Source of the DNA: an uncultured Christensenella sp.
GTDB taxonomy: Bacteria; Bacillota; Clostridia; Christensenellales; UBA1242
Direction: 5' to 3'
Assembly: GCA_949293905.1 (NCBI GenBank)
Contig: CASFFG010000002.1
Coordinates: forward strand, 114,511 to 178,510
DNA length: 64,000 nt
A program made the translations under genes and the position numbers. Below the pieces are notes generated by a model. The model was not told the DNA's origin and made no database searches. It saw only the letters and a list, made by a program, of their open reading frames with translations. Below are positions 9,994 to 18,489 of the stretch, in pieces (the stretch's first letter is position 1; each line of letters starts with the position of its first letter).

Positions 9994-10617
9994 TTACTGG
10001 TTAAAACCATTAGACGTATCGTTTAAGTAGTTATATAAATCAGTAAAGTTTGCAGATAAGGTGTATCGTTTTGCATACCCTGTACCTGTATATGCTGTTC
10101 CAGTGTTTGATGTACTAGTGGTCTCAGTATAATATGGACGAATATAAACACTAAAATCGCTCTCTCCGTCCTGATTACTTACTTCGAACACTAGTTCCTT
10201 ATAATAATATACTGTGCCATGGCTGTCAATATAATCATCATTACCATACTTTAAAACTTGCGGAGTATTGTAATGATAAGTGATATAGAAATTACCCGAA
10301 GTGGTAGGTGTCGTAGACGAAGTGGAATTATTAATAGTGCTCCTTACCGTTGTAATCTCTGCCTTACCGAAAAGGTTGCCCGAGAAAAGCGTTTCTAAGG
10401 CATTCCCTTTACTCGCATTATTAATTAAATCTATGATTCTTGATTCTTGCTCTTCCGTAGTCACATGCTCAGTATTTGAACCGTACTGAACATAGATTGC
10501 GTCCGGTGTTGCACATCTAATTCTATAATCCACATTTATGTTAGCCATGATAATTGTAGCGATTATTAGAATACCGATTATGGTCACACTAACTATCGCG
10601 CCTATTCTTTTTCCCAT
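9994..10617 (-). CDS. hypothetical membrane-anchored protein
   Basis: N-terminal TM (IGAIVSVTIIGILIIATIIM) followed by an S/T/Y-rich extracytoplasmic region. No family recognised. Confidence 0.5.
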   Translation of the reverse strand: MGKRIGAIVSVTIIGILIIATIIMANINVDYRIRCATPDAIYVQYGSNTEHVTTEEQESRIIDLINNASKGNALETLFSGNLFGKAEITTVRSTINNSTSSTTPTTSGNFYITYHYNTPQVLKYGNDDYIDSHGTVYYYKELVFEVSNQDGESDFSVYIRPYYTETTSTSNTGTAYTGTGYAKRYTLSANFTDLYNYLNDTSNGFNQ

Positions 10618-10675
10618 AAAATTCTCCTATATTGTTTAGCATACACAAATTTTTAATTTTAATCAAGCATTTTTA

Positions 10676-12886
10676 CTATTTTTTCTCGCTGTCGTCCGTA
10701 TCTTTATCTTCAGGTTTAGCGTTTTCGTCATTCTCTGCTTGATCATTCTCTTTCACTTGAGAGTCTAAATTTGCGTCGTTCGTTGAATTGTGTTTAGCAA
10801 GTTCAGTTTCCGCTTCCGCTTTAATCTTCTCTAAGTCTGCTTTTGTTATAACACCCGCCTTTGCTAATGCTTCCGCAGTAGCGAGTCTAGATTTTATATC
10901 CCGATTAAAGTGTTCAACTTGTGCTTCTTTTTTAGCACGCTCTTGATACTCTCTCTTTTCTTGCTCTTTCTTTTCAATAGCACTTTCAACTTCTTCCACG
11001 CTTGCACCGTTGAATAGCATTTCAAACTCTTCTTTGTAAATAGTTTCTTTATCAAGTAAGATCTTTGCGACTTTTTCTATTACATCTTTCTTTTCAGTTA
11101 AAATCTTTCTTGCCTGTTCGTGCGCCTGGTCGATTATAGCCTTAACCTCTTCATCTATTTTAGACGCCAACTCTTGACCATATGGCACTTGACGCTGATA
11201 GTCACGTCCCACGAAAATTTGGTCACCTTCTCCAAAACTGATAAGACCCAAATTATCCGACATACCCCATTCAGCGACCATTTTTCGTGCCACCTTAGTA
11301 GCACGCTCAATATCGTTAGATGCTCCGGTTGTAATATCGTCTAGCATTAATTCTTCAGCCGTTCGTCCGCCTAACATCATAGCGATACTATCAAGTAATT
11401 TTTGCTTTGGCATATGTGAACGGTCGTTCTCGTCAAAGGTCAGTGTATATCCGCCTGCCATACCGCGCGGAATGACCGAAATCTCTTGAACATTATCACA
11501 ATTTGGTAAACTCTCAGCGACAATCGCATGACCCGCTTCGTGAATTGCGGTAATTCGTTTATCCTGCTCGGTAATAACTCTTGAAAGCTTCTTCGGTCCC
11601 ATAAGGACTTTATTTATACCTTCTTGAATATCTACCATTGTTATTTTATATCTACCATCTCTTGCGGTCAATAGCGCTGCTTCGTTAAGGATATTTTCAA
11701 TATCCGCACCAGCAAGTCCGCTAGTTAGTCGTGCCACGCGCTTAAAGTCTACATCTTCACTCATTGGCTTATTTTTTGCGTGTACTTTAATAATCTCTTC
11801 TCTTCCTTTTACATCTGGAAGATGGACATAAACTTGTCTATCAAAACGCCCTGGACGAGTTAGCGCAGGGTCAAGTACATCTGCACGGTTAGTCGCTGCA
11901 AGTACAATTATTCCACTATTTTGCTCAAATCCGTCCATCTCAACAAGCAACTGATTTAGGGTTTGCTCTCTCTCGTCATTTCCGCCACCAAGACCGGCGC
12001 CACGCTGACGACCGACTGCGTCAATTTCGTCTATAAATACGATACAAGGAGAGTTTGCCTTTGCATTGTCAAACAAGTCACGCACACGGCTGGCGCCTAC
12101 GCCGACATATAATTCAACGAAATCACTACCAGATATGCTAAAGAATGGCACTTTACTCTCGCCCGCCACTGCTTTTGCTAATAGTGTTTTACCCGTTCCT
12201 GGCGGTCCAACAAGTAGCACTCCCTTAGGTATACGCGCACCTAATTCGGTAAATCTAGTAGGGTTCTTTAAAAATTCAACTATTTCTTTTAATTCTTGCT
12301 TTTCTTCGTCTGCGCCTGCTACATCGCTAAACTTCACATTAGAAGAAATAACTAATCTCGCTTTAGACTTTCCAAAACCGAAACCTTTATTATTACCAGA
12401 CATGGTTTTAAATAGGAATATTCCTATTATTACAATCACGATTACACTAACATAAGGAAGCGCACTACTTAACCACGACTGCCTTTCGTAAGAGTAACTC
12501 GCGTGGATATATCCCGAATCTGCATTATAAATTTTGTTCCCATTTTCATCTATTGTATATTTCGTTTCATCTTCACTGATCGGCGCATTGTGTTCGTCAA
12601 TGAAGGCTGTGAGTTCGTTCACGCTCATAAATGTACAATAAGCGTCCACCTGTCTAGGGAAAGAGTCTGCTTCTACACCGTTGACTAGTCTTATACGAAC
12701 GGTATATCCATACACATCAATTTCTGCGACCTGGTTAGTTTCCACCATATTTTGAAATTCGGTGTAACTAACTTCACGCCCTTTATTATTCCTTGAAACT
12801 ACCCAATATATAAGCACGACTACTAAAACTAGCGTAATTATATAAAATAGGGCGGTTTTCCAACTACTATTTTTCTTTTTTTCCAT
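10676..12886 (-). CDS. ftsH: ATP-dependent zinc metalloprotease FtsH
   Basis: AAA+ Walker [18 protein letters not shown], Walker [10 protein letters not shown] and zinc motif HEAGHA. Start set to ATG 12886, because the GTG at 12892 lies within the GAGGTG RBS. Confidence 0.95.
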   Translation of the reverse strand: MEKKKNSSWKTALFYIITLVLVVVLIYWVVSRNNKGREVSYTEFQNMVETNQVAEIDVYGYTVRIRLVNGVEADSFPRQVDAYCTFMSVNELTAFIDEHNAPISEDETKYTIDENGNKIYNADSGYIHASYSYERQSWLSSALPYVSVIVIVIIGIFLFKTMSGNNKGFGFGKSKARLVISSNVKFSDVAGADEEKQELKEIVEFLKNPTRFTELGARIPKGVLLVGPPGTGKTLLAKAVAGESKVPFFSISGSDFVELYVGVGASRVRDLFDNAKANSPCIVFIDEIDAVGRQRGAGLGGGNDEREQTLNQLLVEMDGFEQNSGIIVLAATNRADVLDPALTRPGRFDRQVYVHLPDVKGREEIIKVHAKNKPMSEDVDFKRVARLTSGLAGADIENILNEAALLTARDGRYKITMVDIQEGINKVLMGPKKLSRVITEQDKRITAIHEAGHAIVAESLPNCDNVQEISVIPRGMAGGYTLTFDENDRSHMPKQKLLDSIAMMLGGRTAEELMLDDITTGASNDIERATKVARKMVAEWGMSDNLGLISFGEGDQIFVGRDYQRQVPYGQELASKIDEEVKAIIDQAHEQARKILTEKKDVIEKVAKILLDKETIYKEEFEMLFNGASVEEVESAIEKKEQEKREYQERAKKEAQVEHFNRDIKSRLATAEALAKAGVITKADLEKIKAEAETELAKHNSTNDANLDSQVKENDQAENDENAKPEDKDTDDSEKK

Positions 12887-13234
12887 ATTCACCTCAGTAT
12901 TCTATATTATCGAAAAGTTTTGTCTAGAAGCACGATTAGTGTTTATAAGCAAAACCGATGCTAATTCAAATGCGCGTTCACGAATTTTCGTGCTGTTCGC
13001 GTCTGCAAACATAAAATTTTACGCAAGCAAAATTTTAACATCACTAATTTATATTATATCATAATAAAAAAATATTAACAAATAAAATGACTAATTTAAG
13101 GTTATATTTTCCTATTAGATTGTTTTTATGAATTCACTACTAGTATTACTTTACATATTTTTGAAAATTTGTCAAATCTTTTGATTATCTAATTTAATTT
13201 TAAGTTTGTTAATGCTAAAAATGTCATAAATAAG

Positions 13235-13263
13235 TTTACAAAAATAACAACTTGTGCTAAAAT
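13235..13263 (+). promoter_or_regulatory. promoter of the cvpA-tyrS unit
   Basis: TTTACA (13235-13240), 17-nt spacer, TGcTAAAAT (13255-13263). Followed by a leader with an AAGGAG RBS. Confidence 0.6.
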
Positions 13264-13288
13264 GAAATAAATAATAAAGGAGAAATTT

Positions 13289-14086
13289 ATGGCAACGGTA
13301 GGAATAATTATAGATATCGTTTTGTGCTTGATAGTCGCTATTTTTGCGATAATAGGCTTTAAAAAGGGCTTTTTTAAGTCAATACTATCGCTTTTTAGTT
13401 GGGTAGTATGCTTAATCATTGCGATTGTACTCGCTAAGTATGTTGCAAACTGGATTAATGGAATTTACGATTTCAGTTCGCTAATTGGTTCAAAAATTGA
13501 AGGTGCATTAAATAATATGGGTGATGTGTTTACAAACACTATCGCTAGTTACAATTCTGCTGATGCCGCCGCTGAATCAGTTAGAACAGCGATTTTAGCA
13601 GATATTCAATCTGTAGAGGGAATGAACGGAGTCTTGCTTCAATTCATAACTATGGTATTTAATAATACAGCGTTTGACCCTACAAGCGAAGCAACTGTCG
13701 GCAACATTATTGGTATGAGTTGCGGACACATGTGCATGGTATTAATCGCGGGAATTTTAGTATTCATCGTATTAAAAATTGTCATCGCACTACTCTCTAA
13801 GTTAATTGATAGAATTACCAAGGTTAAAATTTTCGGCGGACTTAATAAAGTGCTCGGGCTAGTTTTAGGTGCTCTAAAAGGCGCATGTATTGTGGTTATT
13901 GTAAACATCATTCTAGTTGCACTCTCTCTCATTCCACCAGTAAATAGTTTTATCACTCCTATCATTCAGGATAATACCACAATTGAGAAGTTCGTTTATA
14001 ATAAGACAGACGAATATATTGGAACTTATGTGGTAGAAGGAAATCTAATCCAAACTTGGATAAGTGACTTATGGAATAACAGGTAA
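13289..14086 (+). CDS. cvpA: CvpA family membrane protein
   Basis: Polytopic membrane protein with a CvpA-like N-terminus (IDIVLCLIVAIFAIIGFKKGFFKSILSLFSWVV). Confidence 0.7.
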   Translation: MATVGIIIDIVLCLIVAIFAIIGFKKGFFKSILSLFSWVVCLIIAIVLAKYVANWINGIYDFSSLIGSKIEGALNNMGDVFTNTIASYNSADAAAESVRTAILADIQSVEGMNGVLLQFITMVFNNTAFDPTSEATVGNIIGMSCGHMCMVLIAGILVFIVLKIVIALLSKLIDRITKVKIFGGLNKVLGLVLGALKGACIVVIVNIILVALSLIPPVNSFITPIIQDNTTIEKFVYNKTDEYIGTYVVEGNLIQTWISDLWNNR

Positions 14087-14099
14087 TTAAGGGGAATTT

Positions 14100-15329
14100 A
14101 TGGGCTTATTTGAAACACTGAAAGAAAGAAATTTATTATATCAATCTACCGACGAAGAGAAATTAAAATACCTTCTCGAGCATGAAAAAGTAACTGTCTA
14201 TACTGGAACCGACCCAACAGCAGATAGTCTTCATATAGGGCATTGTGTTCCTTGTACGATACTAAGACGCTTCCAACAGGCTGGGCATAAAGTTATAATC
14301 CTTGTCGGCGGGGCTACCGCTGCTATCGGTGACCCTTCTGGAAAGACGGATATGCGACCAATGCTCACTCGCGAACAACTTGAACATAACATAGAAGGAA
14401 TTAAGCGTGCTTTTAGTCGTTTCCTTGACTTTGACGGCGAAAATCCCGCAATTATCGTGAATAATGCTGATTGGTTCAAAAATTATAGTTATGTCGATTT
14501 CATGCGTGATGTAGGTGTTCATTTTAATGTAAATAAAATGATTGCTAACGAGATTTATTCAAAGCGTATGGAAGAAGGCGGGCTCACATTCTTCGAGATG
14601 GGTTATATGCTCATGCAGGCATACGATTTCTTGTATCTAAATAAAACTTACGGCTGTAATGTGCAATGGGGCGGTGCTGACCAGTGGGGCAACATTGTCG
14701 CAGGTGCTGAACTTGGAAGAAAGATGAACTTCTTAGACGGAAAAAATCGCACTATGATTGGCGTTACTAACCCACTTTTGCTCACGCCGGAAGGGAAAAA
14801 GATGGGCAAGACGGAAAAGGGCGCAATTTGGATAGAAAAAGACAAAATTTCGGCATACGACTTCTATCAAGGCATCTATCAAACACCTGACGCGTGCGTA
14901 GAGATGATGTTCGCATTGTTCACAGACGAGCCTATGGATAAGGTGCGCGCGATGATTAAAGAAAATATTGTTAAAGCAAAGAAACGCCTATCTTTTGAGA
15001 TTACTAAATTTGTGCGTGGTGAAGAAGATGCAATTCTTGCCGAGAATATGTCAAATAACCTTTTTAAAAGTGCGGGCGTAGATAAGTCTAATGCACCAAC
15101 TTTTGAAATCAATATGACGAATGAAAGTATAGGATTACTCAACCTACTTGTAAACGCAAAGTTTGTGCAATCTAAGGGCGAAGCGCGTCGATTGATTGAA
15201 CAAAATGGCTTATCCATGGACGGCGAAATCATTAAGGACAGCGCTCTAATCCTAACCAAATCCGCCCTAACAAACGGCATTCTTTTCAAAAAGGGCAAAA
15301 AGAACTACTTATTAATTAAAACGAAATAA
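14100..15329 (+). CDS. tyrS: tyrosine--tRNA ligase
   Basis: GTDPTADSLHIGH (HIGH motif), KMGKT (KMSKS motif) and a C-terminal S4-like domain. Only 13 nt separate it from cvpA, so there is no T-box leader. Confidence 0.93.
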   Translation: MGLFETLKERNLLYQSTDEEKLKYLLEHEKVTVYTGTDPTADSLHIGHCVPCTILRRFQQAGHKVIILVGGATAAIGDPSGKTDMRPMLTREQLEHNIEGIKRAFSRFLDFDGENPAIIVNNADWFKNYSYVDFMRDVGVHFNVNKMIANEIYSKRMEEGGLTFFEMGYMLMQAYDFLYLNKTYGCNVQWGGADQWGNIVAGAELGRKMNFLDGKNRTMIGVTNPLLLTPEGKKMGKTEKGAIWIEKDKISAYDFYQGIYQTPDACVEMMFALFTDEPMDKVRAMIKENIVKAKKRLSFEITKFVRGEEDAILAENMSNNLFKSAGVDKSNAPTFEINMTNESIGLLNLLVNAKFVQSKGEARRLIEQNGLSMDGEIIKDSALILTKSALTNGILFKKGKKNYLLIKTK

Positions 15330-15379
15330 AAACATTTTTAAAATAGGGTATTTTGCTACGAAAACTTATCAATCAATAT

Positions 15380-15411
15380 AAAAAAGTAAACCAGTGAGGT
15401 TTACTTTTTTT
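15380..15411. terminator. bidirectional rho-independent terminator
   Basis: AAAAAGTAAACC (15381-15392) pairs with GGTTTACTTTTT (15398-15409). It lies between convergent tyrS and the polysaccharide operon end. Confidence 0.8.
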
Positions 15412-15455
15412 GCATTAATAATAGCAAACAAACTTCGATTATGCATTTATTAAAA

Positions 15456-16628
15456 TTATCGTGTTTTTAATTTGTTTTTTATTTTGTGAATTGTAACTTT
15501 TAAGCCATTATTTTTTATTTCTCGAAATAATTTTTTCAATTTATTATCATGATTTTTTTTATTCTTTTTTATTTTTTTATAGCGTGGGCTTGATTCTAGT
15601 ATACTTATTTCATCTTCTAATTCTTTTTGTATAATTTTATAATTCTGTATTTTTAAATCGAAATCATTTCCGCCACTAGACATCAAAGATATCTGCTTAA
15701 ATCTTGATTGTCCCCAAATATCTAATTTGGGTAATAATTTATCACATTTAAAATTTTTCCATACCTGCATAACTTCTTGTGAACATTTTGTTTGTTCAAT
15801 TGTTAATAGTTTGATCATATCAGGCCATAAGAAAAATATTGACCAATTAAATAGTTTTATTTTTATATCTATATCATTTGTCTCGCTAAAAACAATTTTA
15901 AAAACTTTTTCAATCAATTTGATATGTTTTAAAACTTTATTTCCCAAATTCAAAGAATATTTGCTCATTAAAGATTCTTCTCTAAACACTCTGTAATGAT
16001 ATAATCTGTCAGAGATAAACACCACTTTTGATGATTTCATGAAATATGATATTTGGAATAATTGATCTTCTCCTAAATCCATAGATTCATCAAATTTCAA
16101 TTTATTTTTCGTAATTATATTCTTTTTAACCATTTGAAGCCACAAAAATGGTCTCGTACCTATTTCTTCAAAAAGTATTTTGGGCTCAAATTTATTATAG
16201 ACAACATCTCTTGGTGAAACCAATTCCCAAACCCACTTTGGCGCAGTTCTGGGAAATGGGTTCGCGCCAAAAACAATCACATCTGGCTGCTCGTTATCAA
16301 TTATTAATTCATTTAGCCTTGAATATGCACCTGGTTCAACATAATCATCAGAATCAACAAATGTAATATATTCACCTTTTGCAACTGAAAGTGCAAAATT
16401 TCGTGCACTTGATGGTCCACCATTATCCTTGTGATAAACTAAAAATCTATCATCTTTGTTTTTATATTCGTTACAGATTTCAAGTGAAGAATCAGTTGAC
16501 CCATCGTCAACTAAAATATACTCAATATTCTTGAAATCTTGAATTAATAAGCTATCTAAACATGTTCTTAAATATTTTTCAGTGTTATATACTGGAATTA
16601 TAACAGATATCATTGGTTTACTTTCCAT
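15456..16628 (-). CDS. family 2 glycosyltransferase with Lys-rich C-terminal tail
   Basis: ISVIIPVYN...LVDDGSTD...DSDD motifs. An alternative start is ATG 16613. It overlaps the upstream GT2 gene. Confidence 0.85.
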   Translation of the reverse strand: MESKPMISVIIPVYNTEKYLRTCLDSLLIQDFKNIEYILVDDGSTDSSLEICNEYKNKDDRFLVYHKDNGGPSSARNFALSVAKGEYITFVDSDDYVEPGAYSRLNELIIDNEQPDVIVFGANPFPRTAPKWVWELVSPRDVVYNKFEPKILFEEIGTRPFLWLQMVKKNIITKNKLKFDESMDLGEDQLFQISYFMKSSKVVFISDRLYHYRVFREESLMSKYSLNLGNKVLKHIKLIEKVFKIVFSETNDIDIKIKLFNWSIFFLWPDMIKLLTIEQTKCSQEVMQVWKNFKCDKLLPKLDIWGQSRFKQISLMSSGGNDFDLKIQNYKIIQKELEDEISILESSPRYKKIKKNKKNHDNKLKKLFREIKNNGLKVTIHKIKNKLKTR

Positions 16629-17673
16629 TTACTTTATCCATCTCCGTTTTCAAATAATTTTTATAATTAACAAGCTCTAAAATTTTTTGATTTAAGCACC
16701 AAATCTCATCATCGTAATAAAATTGTTTAGGGTCTTCCATAATTCTTTTTAATTTTGACATTTCAGACCAATCCATTAATGAATCATCAAATTCCCTATT
16801 GTTGTATGACTCATTAAACTCTTTTGCAAATCTTTCTAAGAACGAAATTTTAAATTCATCTGCAATACGTTTGTATGTATACATATAATTAAAATATTTT
16901 TTTACTAAATATACCTTTAAATAATGATTTTTAATATCTGGATTTCTATCAATAAATTCTCGAATATATTTATATTCATCACACATGCAAAATACTTTAC
17001 CTTTGCTGTTTATACTGGAATTGGGATTATCTTGCCTATAATGATAATATGCCTTATTAACAAATACAACAGGATTTGCCATTGATATTGTCTGAAAGAA
17101 AAACCCATTATCTTGATATGATGCTCCAGGAGTTTCATTATGCCTTATATTATTTTCTCTTATAAAATCAGTTCTATAGATTCCAGTCCATGTATTCATT
17201 TGAAAGTGAAATATTAAATCATTTTCAAACTTATAAATAGGCTTATTGTAAAATTCTGGTTTGAATACGGTGTTAATATATTTCTGTTTATTTTTGCCAT
17301 TTTGAGTTGAAAATTCATAGTAATCAGACTTAATCACATCAGCGTCATATTTTTTTGCAGCTTTATACAAGTCATAGAACATATTTTTGTCGACATAGTC
17401 ATCAGACTCAACAATGCCAATATACTCACCTGTTGCCATCGCCATGCCACGATTCATAGAGTTTCCGTAACCACTATTTTTCTTAGTTATATACTTGAAT
17501 CTTTTATCCCTATTTGCATAACTTTTAACTATGTCCAAAGAATTGTCAGTTGAACCATCATCAACCATTATAACTTCTATATCTTTTAACTTTTGTCTTT
17601 TTATGCTATCAAGACATTCTGGTAAGAATTTTGATACATTATAAATTGGAACTACAATACTAACTTTTGCCAT
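16618..17673 (-). CDS. family 2 glycosyltransferase
   Basis: VSIVVPIYN...MVDDGSTD...ESDD motifs. AAGGAG RBS. Confidence 0.85.
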   Translation of the reverse strand: MAKVSIVVPIYNVSKFLPECLDSIKRQKLKDIEVIMVDDGSTDNSLDIVKSYANRDKRFKYITKKNSGYGNSMNRGMAMATGEYIGIVESDDYVDKNMFYDLYKAAKKYDADVIKSDYYEFSTQNGKNKQKYINTVFKPEFYNKPIYKFENDLIFHFQMNTWTGIYRTDFIRENNIRHNETPGASYQDNGFFFQTISMANPVVFVNKAYYHYRQDNPNSSINSKGKVFCMCDEYKYIREFIDRNPDIKNHYLKVYLVKKYFNYMYTYKRIADEFKISFLERFAKEFNESYNNREFDDSLMDWSEMSKLKRIMEDPKQFYYDDEIWCLNQKILELVNYKNYLKTEMDKVNGK

Positions 17674-17689
17674 TTTTTCTCCTTTTTAA

Positions 17690-18484
17690 TTAACACGAAA
17701 ATATTGATTTCGCACCACCTGCCGCAATTATACATGACCCCGACATAACCTCACCCAAATTAGACATTAAAAAGCAGACTATATCAGCAACTTCATCTGG
17801 TCTAACAAGTCTTCTTATTGATGAATCGTTCCAAGGTTCTCCAGGTCTAATACCATCAGTATATTTTACTAAATGTTTCATCATATCTGTATAAATCGGT
17901 CCTGGTTCAACACAATTTAATACAACTCCGCGCTCACATAAATATTTCCCATAAGTTTTAACAATCCTAGACAAGCTTAATTTGCTAATTTGATAAGGAC
18001 AAAGTAAATCTCTATGCGCCGATATTGAAGATAAAACACAAATATTTCCTTTAATTTTGTTTTCATATAAAAAATTTGAAAACTCTCTTAACAAAAAGAA
18101 AGGACCTTTTAAATTTGTATTCATGACTCTATCCCAATCTTCATCCGAAATATTGAAACCTTTCCAGTTCGAACCATCAAAATTTACTCCACTTGAAATA
18201 ACTAAACCATCTAACACATTTTTACTGCCCAATAGATTTTGTGCGTTAATTATATCATTTCTTAGCTTCTGCGTTTTTGTTATATCTAAATACAATGTGT
18301 ATACATTTTGATAATCTTTCTTCTTAAACTCGTCTTTTACCTTATTTAATTTTTCAATATTTCTTGAAGCAATAATTATATTTGATGCCCCATTATCTAA
18401 TAGTTTTTGGGTGATTGCCTTTCCTAATCCGCTTCCTCCACCAATAACTAGAATATTAGATGGTCTTAATTTAATATTTTCCAT
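17690..18484 (-). CDS. short-chain dehydrogenase/reductase
   Basis: Rossmann motif GGGSGLGKA and catalytic YQISK (YxxxK). Confidence 0.85.
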   Translation of the reverse strand: MENIKLRPSNILVIGGGSGLGKAITQKLLDNGASNIIIASRNIEKLNKVKDEFKKKDYQNVYTLYLDITKTQKLRNDIINAQNLLGSKNVLDGLVISSGVNFDGSNWKGFNISDEDWDRVMNTNLKGPFFLLREFSNFLYENKIKGNICVLSSISAHRDLLCPYQISKLSLSRIVKTYGKYLCERGVVLNCVEPGPIYTDMMKHLVKYTDGIRPGEPWNDSSIRRLVRPDEVADIVCFLMSNLGEVMSGSCIIAAGGAKSIFSC

Positions 18485-18489
18485 AGACT

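Noticed and set aside
14087-14099. Expected T-box riboswitch leader upstream of tyrS
   Set aside because: Only 13 nt separate the cvpA stop from the tyrS ATG. No leader can fit, so tyrS appears co-transcribed with cvpA.
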